From Candidatus Nomurabacteria bacterium (lineage in GTDB: Bacteria; Patescibacteriota; Minisyncoccia; Phycocordibacterales; UBA9973), in NCBI GenBank assembly GCA_020631955.1, contig JACKGL010000005.1:1-47457 (forward strand): 47,457 nucleotides of DNA, read 5' to 3'. Numbering within the stretch: the stretch's first letter is position 1; each line of letters begins with the position of its first letter. Position numbers and translations under genes: made by a program. Below, in pieces: positions 36,351-43,827 of the stretch. The notes beneath the pieces are model-generated. The model saw only the letters and a program-made list of their open reading frames with translations. It was not told the DNA's origin and ran no database searches.

Positions 36351-37106
36351 ATGTTTTCTTTCAATAAAAATAATAAAAATATTTCTGGAGAAAAAGATCT
36401 AAAAGAAGCTCTCAACCTTCGTAGTGAAACTATATCCATAATAGCCCACCAACTGCGCACTCGCCTTTCAGCCACAAAATGGGTCTTGGCTATGTTCGTA
36501 GGTGGTGACTACGGCAAGCTTCCACAAGAACAAGAAGTGATGCTCAAAAAAGCCCTAGAGGCTCTTGAGGACTCTATCAAACTTTCTTCAGAACTTATAT
36601 CTATCAACCACGCAGAAGATGTCACTCTCAACTATGATCTAAAACCTATAGACATAGTAAAAACACTAGATGACGTGATCTTCGACTTTTCTGGCGAGTC
36701 ACACAAAAAAAATATTTCTATAGTTTTTCCTCGACCGACCCAGGACATACCAAAAATACTTGCTGATGAAGAAAAAATAAGAGTAGTACTACAAAACATA
36801 ATAGAAAACGCAATAAAGTATAGTGATAGTAATGACCAGATAATCATATCTTTAGTCCATAAAGAAAATGATGGTGTGGAAATATCTATTCATGACAGTG
36901 GTATAGGTATACCAAAAGAAGAACAGGCTCATATTTTCGAAAAATTCTACAGAGCCAGCAACGCCAAACAAAAAGAAGAGACAGGTTCTGGTCTTGGTCT
37001 GTATACTATAAGGAAGATAGTCGAAGGTCATCATGGAAAAATATGGTTTACCTCAGACGGACAACAAGGGACTACTTTTTATATAAATATACCTCTAGCC
37101 AAGTAA
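36351..37106 (+). CDS. Cytoplasmic histidine kinase (HisKA plus HATPase_c only; no TM or sensor domain)
   Basis: 251 aa. H-box IAHQLRTRLS, N-box LQNIIENAIKYS, G-boxes HDSGIGI and GSGLGLYTI. The start codon abuts the mscL stop. Confidence 0.85.
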   Translation: MFSFNKNNKNISGEKDLKEALNLRSETISIIAHQLRTRLSATKWVLAMFVGGDYGKLPQEQEVMLKKALEALEDSIKLSSELISINHAEDVTLNYDLKPIDIVKTLDDVIFDFSGESHKKNISIVFPRPTQDIPKILADEEKIRVVLQNIIENAIKYSDSNDQIIISLVHKENDGVEISIHDSGIGIPKEEQAHIFEKFYRASNAKQKEETGSGLGLYTIRKIVEGHHGKIWFTSDGQQGTTFYINIPLAK

Positions 37107-37132
37107 ATGGTTGAGAAATAATATAAATATCA

Positions 37133-37138
37133 TATAAT
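37133..37138 (+). promoter_or_regulatory. -10 box TATAAT 6 nt upstream of the response-regulator ATG
   Basis: caTATAATagaaacATG. Confidence 0.4.
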
Positions 37139-37144
37139 AGAAAC

Positions 37145-37510
37145 ATGGCAAAAATATGTATAGTAGAAGATGATACTTTCCTACAAGGCTTGCTATCTAC
37201 CAAGCTTACTACTTCAGGTTATGAAGTGATGACTGTATCAGACGGTAATGAAGCCGTAAAAAAGATAGAAGAAGGTAAACCAGCTCTCGTGCTACTGGAC
37301 CTCATGCTTCCGGGTACTGACGGATTCGACGTGTTAGCAGGTATAAGAGAAAATGACGAATTCAAAAACCTACCTGTCATAGTATTTTCCAATCTTTCAG
37401 AAGATGTAGACATAAGTAGAGCAAAAGAACTAGGAGCTACTGAGTTTATGATCAAGTCCAACTTTACACTAGATGAGCTTCTAGAAAAAGTAAAATCTCA
37501 CGTTGGCTAA
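37145..37510 (+). CDS. Stand-alone response-regulator receiver domain
   Basis: 121 aa. IVEDD...LVLLDLMLPGTDG...FSNL......K. Confidence 0.85.
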   Translation: MAKICIVEDDTFLQGLLSTKLTTSGYEVMTVSDGNEAVKKIEEGKPALVLLDLMLPGTDGFDVLAGIRENDEFKNLPVIVFSNLSEDVDISRAKELGATEFMIKSNFTLDELLEKVKSHVG

Positions 37511-37511
37511 T

Positions 37512-37634
37512 ATGAAAAAGTCTTATATTGTTATCATCGTTATAATGCTTCTCCTGGCTCTAGTACTACTCTTCACCGGAGAAGACAGGCTCAAAGAAGC
37601 ACAAGCTCCGACAGTAGAAACTATTCAACAATAA
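37512..37634 (+). CDS. Possible 40-aa membrane micropeptide (below the track threshold)
   Basis: ATG 1 nt after the RR stop. MKKSYIVIIVIMLLLALVLLFTGEDRLKEAQAPTVETIQQ: one TM helix, followed by a terminator. Confidence 0.35.
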   Translation: MKKSYIVIIVIMLLLALVLLFTGEDRLKEAQAPTVETIQQ

Positions 37635-37641
37635 ATACAAA

Positions 37642-37670
37642 TAAAAAAACCCGCTCAATTGAGCGGGTTT
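37642..37670 (-). terminator. Intrinsic terminator of the 37690-38196 lipoprotein gene (weakly bidirectional)
   Basis: aaaaaaa-cccgctc-aatt-gagcggg-ttt. The strong T-run is on the minus strand. Confidence 0.75.
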
Positions 37671-37689
37671 CCCGTGATATACACGGAAA

Positions 37690-38196
37690 CTACATTTGCA
37701 CGAACTCGTCCGGTTCGTATAGGTTGGCATAACCGATTTTTTCATTGAGGTATTTACCTTTTATCAGGACACCCTCAACCTTTTCGTCAGAGACAACAAC
37801 ATACATCCTTGATGTCTCGGTTGCTGTGAGTACATTATATTTGTCCAGCTCTGCAGTCCATGTTGCCACATCCTCATCAGTCTGGCCATACTCTTTGATG
37901 ATTGCATCGATGTAGTATTCCACCTGCATAGAGCGACCGGCGTAATCGGTGAAATAGATGGTCACGGTGGCCACATCTCTTTCTGAAGGCCATCCTTCGA
38001 ATTCTATCTTTTCAGCTTTCATGGGCGTGGCCGTCACCGAGTCAACAGGAAACCAAGCACTCTCAGACTGTGATAAGGCCGAAGGTGCTGAATCCGTATT
38101 TTCTGCCTGACGGATTTTTTTTCCTGACTTGCTTTCGCAAGAAGTCATCATAATCGCAGCTGCTGCAATCATGATGAAACAAATGTTTTTCTTCAT
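37690..38196 (-). CDS. Hypothetical lipoprotein
   Basis: MKKNICFIMIAAAAIMMTSC lipobox. GC-richer than the backbone. Confidence 0.6.
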   Translation of the reverse strand: MKKNICFIMIAAAAIMMTSCESKSGKKIRQAENTDSAPSALSQSESAWFPVDSVTATPMKAEKIEFEGWPSERDVATVTIYFTDYAGRSMQVEYYIDAIIKEYGQTDEDVATWTAELDKYNVLTATETSRMYVVVSDEKVEGVLIKGKYLNEKIGYANLYEPDEFVQM

Positions 38197-38216
38197 TTTC
38201 TGTTATATGTTTTGTG

Positions 38217-38543
38217 TTAAAGAAATAGTTTCAATCCTACCGCAACTTCTGTGCAAAGAAAGAAAATTGCAAGTATGAACCCGGGTATCACTACCCATTT
38301 ACTTACTTTCTTGCTATCACCCAATATCGCAATAAAAGCGATAAAAGTGAATATGACAGCAACTGCAATTGCAAACCTAGCATCATCGACACTACCACCA
38401 TCTCCTGATATAAACACAGAAGAAAGTGATAGATCGGTAGCCATAGGATCAATGTCCGGCACAATCATAAAAATGATCAATGCAGACAACATCAAGCAAA
38501 AGCTTGATAATACGGCGATAAATACACTGTAACCTTTTTTCAT
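38217..38543 (-). CDS. Hypothetical membrane protein (3-4 TM)
   Basis: 108 aa, hydrophobic throughout. 20-nt gap to the downstream lipoprotein gene. Confidence 0.5.
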   Translation of the reverse strand: MKKGYSVFIAVLSSFCLMLSALIIFMIVPDIDPMATDLSLSSVFISGDGGSVDDARFAIAVAVIFTFIAFIAILGDSKKVSKWVVIPGFILAIFFLCTEVAVGLKLFL

Positions 38544-38592
38544 AGTTGCTTTTTTTCTTTTTACAATACCATGTATAAATAATATGTCAAAT

Positions 38593-38620
38593 AAAAAACC
38601 CGCTCAATATTGAGCGGGTT
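38593..38620 (-). terminator. Intrinsic terminator of the 38639-39445 gene
   Basis: aaaaaa-cccgctcaa-ta-ttgagcggg-tt. The stem is nearly identical to that at 37649-37668. Confidence 0.75.
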
Positions 38621-38638
38621 CTCCACACTAAAGTGGAA

Positions 38639-39445
38639 TTACTTTGCCTCGTCGTCGGGTTTTTCCCCTTCTTCCTTCGGAAGACGAGTACCGAGTTCGA
38701 TCTCGGTGTTTGCCCCATTGGCATCAGTGTGACTGATAGATCCTTCACGATTTTTTAATTCGTTTACGATCCCCATCAGGCGTTCCAATCCAGAAACCTG
38801 GTTCTGCTGAACCGGAGGCTCTTCACGTACCACTTCGTGGTGGTGATGAATGTCTCCGTGGAAGTGATAGATGTCCCCATGGTGATGAATCACCATTGGA
38901 TTATCATCCCTACCTTCAGTCTCTGAATGACGTGAAGTCCTGGAACTGGAAAGATTATCGGCAAGCAAACGCCGAATTACCCATATTGCTAACGCAACCA
39001 AGAGTAGCCCAACCACAACCCAGAACAGGAATTTTATCCAATCAGGAATACCTGAACTGGAGCCTCCTCCTGTTACCGGAGTAATAACATTACGGTCGCG
39101 GTCACTGGATGAACCTGTATTCAGCTGGTCCTTATAGAACCAACCTTTCTGGTTCATAGTGTCGCCAGGGATGGCGATACTTTCAGTGACGGTGCTGGTG
39201 TCGTTGTTGACACCCAGCAGAGCCGGGTTCTTCAAGCGACGACCATTTTTTACCTGACAATTACTGTCCACGGTGGCTGCATAGCGTGTAGCTGTGTCCA
39301 GGACGGTGCTTACCACCTGGTCCTGGTCAGTGAATTGAAACTGAGGGGCTTCGCCGGAGATATTTTGCCTGCTATTACAAGCGGAGAGTCCTATCATCAC
39401 AAATGATGCGATGATGGTAAAAATAAACAATGTACGTTTTTTCAT
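38639..39445 (-). CDS. Hypothetical lipoprotein with an internal TM helix and a His-rich cytoplasmic tail
   Basis: MKKRTLFIFTIIASFVMIGLSAC lipobox from the ATG at 39445 (track start 39481). TM FLFWVVVGLLLVALAIWVI. His cluster VIHHHGDIYHFHGDIHHHHE. Confidence 0.55.
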   Translation of the reverse strand: MKKRTLFIFTIIASFVMIGLSACNSRQNISGEAPQFQFTDQDQVVSTVLDTATRYAATVDSNCQVKNGRRLKNPALLGVNNDTSTVTESIAIPGDTMNQKGWFYKDQLNTGSSSDRDRNVITPVTGGGSSSGIPDWIKFLFWVVVGLLLVALAIWVIRRLLADNLSSSRTSRHSETEGRDDNPMVIHHHGDIYHFHGDIHHHHEVVREEPPVQQNQVSGLERLMGIVNELKNREGSISHTDANGANTEIELGTRLPKEEGEKPDDEAK

Positions 39446-39548
39446 ATTCGGAATTGTTTTTTGTTTCTTATATTGTATCACATTTTGTATACTTTGTCAA
39501 ATATAATACCCTTATATACCAAGCTCTTTTGGGGTAAAATAGGTATAC

Positions 39549-41717
39549 ATGTTGTTAAAAGACCCATTAGACAAACACTTCAAAAGGATTGGCACTGAGC
39601 AGAAAAAGGCCTTAGGCAGGCTCGGTATAGCTACTATAGAAGACCTGCTCTACTACTTCCCCACTAGATACTCAGACATATCCGAGCTTCACCATATAAG
39701 TGAGCTAGTAGACGGAGATATGGCGACTATCATGGGAGAGATCAAGTTTCTCGGTACAAAAAAATCTTTCAAGACAAAAGTCCCTATGGGTGAGATGGTA
39801 GTAGAAGACACCACTGGCAAAATAAAAGTTGTGTGGTTTCATCAGGCATACCTAGCCAAGATGCACAAAGTCGGAGAATATGTGAAGATCAGTGGCAAAG
39901 TGACAGTAAAAGACAGTTATAAAAATATCACCAACCCAAATATAGAAAAAATATCTCATCTTCCTATAGAAAGACATGATACACTTTTCGTAGGTGATGA
40001 AAAAAGAAGCAGTGATATCAGATACCCAGTGTACAAAGAAACAAAAGGCATCACATCTCGGTGGCTATATCATGCGGTAAATAAGATCATATCATCTGGT
40101 GCACTTGATGACTCACAAGACTACTTACCAAAAGAAATACTCACAAAATACAACCTCCCTACTTTGAGTACTGCCTTGGTGTGGATACACACACCAAAAA
40201 AAGAAGAACATGCTATGGCCGCGAGAAAAAGATTTGCCTTTGAAGAAGTCTTTTTCATCCAACTCGGCAGGCAGCTGGAAAGAAAGAAGATAGAAGAAGA
40301 AAAAAGTATCGTTATTAATACTGAAGATCAGATATTGAAAAAGTTTGACGACAACCAAGACTTCACTCCTACTAAAGCTCAAGCCAAAGTAGTAAAAGAG
40401 ATAATGAAAAACTTCCAAAGTGGTACACCTATGCACAGACTAGTAGAAGGAGATGTCGGAAGTGGTAAGACATACGTCGCAGCAGCGACCAGCTATATGG
40501 CTATCAACACCCGTCCAGAAGGACAGGATTTTGGTACTCTACAAGTAGCCTATATGGCCCCGACAGAGATACTAGCCACCCAACTTTTCGAAAACTTCAT
40601 AAATTATTTTCCAGAAAAAAATATCCAAATAGGACTCATTACCGGCAAGACTTGTCGCAAATACCCAAGCAAAGTCTACAGTCAAAAAGAAAATTGGACC
40701 AACATATCTAAAAACCAACTCCTCAAATGGGTCGCAAACGGTGAGATACCAGTACTCATTGGTACACATGCTTTGATACAGAAAAATGTAAAATTCAAAA
40801 ACCTAGCTTATGTTATAGTCGACGAACAACATCGTTTCGGCACCAACCAAAGACTCAAACTAGCCAGAAAAGATGGCAAAACAGCTCATTATCTGTCGAT
40901 GACAGCTACGCCTATACCTCGTACACTAGCTCTGACTATATATGGTGACTTAGACCTTTCTGTCTTGGACGAATTGCCTAGTGGTAGAAAAAAAGTCATA
41001 ACAAAAACAGTTTCTGAAAACTCTAGGGAAAAAATATATGAAGAAATAAAAAAAGGCCTAGATGAAGGAAGGCAGCTTTATGTCATATGTCCTCGTATAC
41101 AGGACCCGGATAAAGAAAAAGAAAATGCTCTCAATCTCAAGTCAGTAGTGAGTGAAGCGAAAAGACTAAAAGAAAATATATTTACAGATTATGAGATAGA
41201 TGTACTCCACAGCAAACTCACCAAAGAGAAAAAAGAAAAAGTCATGGACAAATTCTATAAAGGTCAAACAGACATACTAGTATCTACATCAGTAGTAGAG
41301 GTAGGGGTAAATGTCCCCAATGCCACTATGATCATCATAGAAGGAGCAGAAAGATTTGGACTAGCCCAACTCCACCAACTCCGCGGAAGAGTGCAGAGGT
41401 CTTCTTATCAACCATATTGTTATCTTTTCGCTGATGCAAAAAGTGATAACACTACAGACAGACTAAAAGTATTCGCAGAAAATGCTGATGGCTTTGCTCT
41501 TGCTGAGTTTGACCTAGCACAACGTGGTGCTGGCGAACTAGGTGGTGACAAACAATGGGGTGTCACCGATATCGGTATGGAAGCAATAAAAAATATAAAA
41601 ATGGTAGAAGCAGCTAGAGACGAAGCAAAGAAAATAATATTCGAAGAGACTCTAGAAAAATACCCAGAAATAAAAACACAGCTCCAAAGCGAAAAATACA
41701 AAATTCACTTTGAATAA
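39549..41717 (+). CDS. recG: ATP-dependent DNA helicase RecG
   Basis: 722 aa. N-terminal wedge/OB, motif I GDVGSGKT, motif II DEQHRFG, and C-terminal QLRGRV. Confidence 0.9.
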   Translation: MLLKDPLDKHFKRIGTEQKKALGRLGIATIEDLLYYFPTRYSDISELHHISELVDGDMATIMGEIKFLGTKKSFKTKVPMGEMVVEDTTGKIKVVWFHQAYLAKMHKVGEYVKISGKVTVKDSYKNITNPNIEKISHLPIERHDTLFVGDEKRSSDIRYPVYKETKGITSRWLYHAVNKIISSGALDDSQDYLPKEILTKYNLPTLSTALVWIHTPKKEEHAMAARKRFAFEEVFFIQLGRQLERKKIEEEKSIVINTEDQILKKFDDNQDFTPTKAQAKVVKEIMKNFQSGTPMHRLVEGDVGSGKTYVAAATSYMAINTRPEGQDFGTLQVAYMAPTEILATQLFENFINYFPEKNIQIGLITGKTCRKYPSKVYSQKENWTNISKNQLLKWVANGEIPVLIGTHALIQKNVKFKNLAYVIVDEQHRFGTNQRLKLARKDGKTAHYLSMTATPIPRTLALTIYGDLDLSVLDELPSGRKKVITKTVSENSREKIYEEIKKGLDEGRQLYVICPRIQDPDKEKENALNLKSVVSEAKRLKENIFTDYEIDVLHSKLTKEKKEKVMDKFYKGQTDILVSTSVVEVGVNVPNATMIIIEGAERFGLAQLHQLRGRVQRSSYQPYCYLFADAKSDNTTDRLKVFAENADGFALAEFDLAQRGAGELGGDKQWGVTDIGMEAIKNIKMVEAARDEAKKIIFEETLEKYPEIKTQLQSEKYKIHFE

Positions 41718-41724
41718 AACAAAA

Positions 41725-41743
41725 GCGCACCCTGTAGGGTGCG
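41725..41743 (+). terminator. Hairpin after recG (weak terminator, poor T-run)
   Basis: gcgcaccc-tgta-gggtgcg followed by attgctt. Confidence 0.35.
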
Positions 41744-41815
41744 ATTGCTTCCGTGTCGAGCGGTACAAATATTGTATTTATTTTCCTTTTATAAAGCAAA
41801 AAAGTTTTCCACAGA

Positions 41816-41843
41816 TAAAAAAGACCCGCCTGATGAGCGGGTC
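41816..41843 (-). terminator. Intrinsic terminator of the hydroxylase gene
   Basis: aaaaaag-acccgc-ctgatga-gcgggt. The stem is of the same cccgc/gcggg type as 37649 and 38599. Confidence 0.65.
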
Positions 41844-41848
41844 CATAT

Positions 41849-42724
41849 TCATTGTGGATCGTCATATGGTACGACGACCCCTTCTTTTTTTATCTCCTGC
41901 ATTACCAGCACCACAGTCTTGGTCAGAGTATGCTCGAATACTTCGAAATTCTCAAACACCAAGTACTTGGACTGGAAAATGTGGATATTGTGCTTGGGAC
42001 CTTTCACTATGTCCATAAGCACTTCAAAGGCGTTCTCGTTGGTGACAGTTATTCTTTGTATCTGTTCACCTGTATCGAGATGACGCGAAGCTTTGACAGC
42101 ATGTGTTATCTCCCCAGGAGACGAAAGTATACCGGGACCCACTACTTTGATCTGTCCTTCGTGCCACACCAGCGGGAACTCTACTCCCCACCAATGTATC
42201 TTGTCGAGTGCTTTCACACATTCTTCATGGTCGAGATAGTTCAGCGCTATTTTTCCAAACTGCTTGACCGCATTGGCGTATGCCTTAAGGAACAGTGCCA
42301 CAAGGTGCCCGAATCTCTCGTGCACCATGTCGGGTGTTTCTATATAGTCCAGCTGCGCCATTGTCCTTATGAAGAGAGTTGTGGGGAAATACCCCATTGA
42401 GTACCCATATGCAAGTACAGCAAAATCAAGCACCCCATCACACACGTACACATGGAAACCCGACGCTGCACTGAGTATCTTGTCCAAAGATTTGACCGTC
42501 GGTATATTACCAGAAAACATCCCCATTTTCTCTCCTGCTTTCAATAAAGCAGGGTGCACGAACAGGAACCAAAGTGAGTGAAGGTTGTTGGCAACCAAAT
42601 CCCATACTTTGTGTTGTTCAGCGGAATAATTGGCTTCAGCTTTTTCTGCTGCTGCCTCACTTTTATCTACAAGCTCCCAGAAGGCGTCTTGCACTTCTGA
42701 AAGACCACCTTTTTTCATATCCAT
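41849..42724 (-). CDS. phhA: Biopterin-dependent aromatic amino-acid hydroxylase (phenylalanine-4-hydroxylase-like)
   Basis: 291 aa. Iron ligands in TPDMVHERFGHLVAL (H-x4-H) and IHWWGVEFPLV (Glu). Length matches bacterial PAH. Confidence 0.7.
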   Translation of the reverse strand: MDMKKGGLSEVQDAFWELVDKSEAAAEKAEANYSAEQHKVWDLVANNLHSLWFLFVHPALLKAGEKMGMFSGNIPTVKSLDKILSAASGFHVYVCDGVLDFAVLAYGYSMGYFPTTLFIRTMAQLDYIETPDMVHERFGHLVALFLKAYANAVKQFGKIALNYLDHEECVKALDKIHWWGVEFPLVWHEGQIKVVGPGILSSPGEITHAVKASRHLDTGEQIQRITVTNENAFEVLMDIVKGPKHNIHIFQSKYLVFENFEVFEHTLTKTVVLVMQEIKKEGVVVPYDDPQ

Positions 42725-42781
42725 AATTACAAGGTTTGCTTACTTAGAGAGTACTACTTTTATAATCATATTTCAACATGG

Positions 42782-42810
42782 TTGCAATTTGGCGCTAATT
42801 GCTATATATT
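42782..42810 (+). promoter_or_regulatory. Sigma70-like promoter (TTGCAA-17 nt-TATATT) driving the pseudo-fragment plus tRNA-Ile
   Basis: -35 at 42782-42787, 17-nt spacer, -10 at 42805-42810. The pseudo-tRNA copy starts ~12 nt downstream. Confidence 0.45.
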
Positions 42811-42820
42811 TTATTTCACC

Positions 42821-42886
42821 AACCGTCCTTAGCTCAGTTTCCTCCAGAGGCGGACAAGGGTTGGAGCACAGAAATATTGTTTCTGC
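42821..42886 (+). pseudogene. Upstream pseudo-copy of the tRNA-Ile 5' half, interrupted by a 21-nt GC-rich insert
   Basis: aaCCGTCCTTAGCTCAGTT [tcctccagaggcggacaaggg] TTGGAGCACAGAaatattgTTTCTG. The first 19 nt are identical to 42911-42929. There is no T arm. Confidence 0.7.
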
Positions 42887-42912
42887 TAAAAAATAGAATA
42901 ATAACCAAATAA

Positions 42913-42986
42913 CCGTCCTTAGCTCAGTTGGTTAGAGCACAGAGCTTATACCTCTGGGGTCCTTGGTTCGAATCCAAGAGGACGGA
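42913..42986 (+). tRNA. tRNA-Ile (anticodon UAU)
   Basis: CCGTCCT TA GCTC AGTTGGTTA GAGC A CAGAG CTTATAC CTCTG GGGTC CTTGG TTCGAAT CCAAG AGGACGG A. 74 nt, perfect stems, C1-G72. Confidence 0.85.
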
Positions 42987-42994
42987 CAATGAAA

Positions 42995-43018
42995 CACACC
43001 ACTTACGTGGTGTGTTTT
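42995..43018 (+). terminator. Intrinsic terminator after tRNA-Ile, overlapping the last codons of murI on the other strand
   Basis: cacaccac-ttac-gtggtgtg-tttt. Confidence 0.6.
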
Positions 43019-43824
43019 GTTATGTTTACCAATATTAGCTTTGGATCTTTGTGATACCACAGAGTGGCTAGTTCGTGTATGTGAGTAGTTTCTTTTGTTA
43101 CATAAAATTCTATAGAAGACCCCTGCGACAACTTATCATCTATTTCTTTGTGTCTCGATAAATAATCTTTTAGTTTTTGTGGAATAATATTTTCTTGATT
43201 TATGACTTTTACTTCCTCCCCTACTATATTTTGTATTTTATCTTCTAGAAGTGAGTAGTGTGTACATCCCAAAACAAGAGCTTGTATGTTTTGTTCTGTT
43301 AGCTCTTTCAAATATTTTTCTAAAAATACACCTGTATCTTGTATCTTACCGTCTTCTATAAGTGGGACTAACTCCTTCGCCGCTACTTGCACTACGTCTG
43401 CAGTAGGGTCGAGTTTTTGTATTTCTATTTTATATGTCAAAGACTCGACTGTGGCCTGTGTCGCCATGACACCCACTTTTCTAAAAACAGAACCGCAGTC
43501 CAAAGTCACAGCTTCAGCCGTCGGTATGATAACACCTAGTACTTTTTTTTCTGGATGAGATACTGCGAGATACTCTTGTTGTATTTGTCTTAGAGCTCTT
43601 GCAGAAGCTGTGTTGCAAGCAAGTACTACTAAAGAACATCCTTTTTCAAAAAGAAAATCTATTCCTTCTTTTGTGTAAGTGTATACTTCATCATGAGTCC
43701 TACCTCCGTATGGAGCTCTAGCTGTGTCGCCTAGATACACATAGTCATACTGTGGCAAGTACGCAGAAATAGCCCTCTGCATAGAGAGGCCTCCTATACC
43801 TGAGTCAAAAACGCCTATTTTCAT
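43003..43824 (-). CDS. murI: Glutamate racemase
   Basis: 273 aa. IGVFDSGIGGLS, VLACNTASA and LGCTHYSLL (both catalytic Cys motifs). Confidence 0.9.
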   Translation of the reverse strand: MKIGVFDSGIGGLSMQRAISAYLPQYDYVYLGDTARAPYGGRTHDEVYTYTKEGIDFLFEKGCSLVVLACNTASARALRQIQQEYLAVSHPEKKVLGVIIPTAEAVTLDCGSVFRKVGVMATQATVESLTYKIEIQKLDPTADVVQVAAKELVPLIEDGKIQDTGVFLEKYLKELTEQNIQALVLGCTHYSLLEDKIQNIVGEEVKVINQENIIPQKLKDYLSRHKEIDDKLSQGSSIEFYVTKETTHIHELATLWYHKDPKLILVNITKHTT

Positions 43825-43827
43825 ACA

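Noticed and set aside
42630-42896. 88-aa + strand ORF spanning the hydroxylase start and the pseudo-tRNA fragment.
   Set aside because: It is antisense to the hydroxylase N-terminus, then runs through promoter and tRNA-derived sequence. It has no coding signal.
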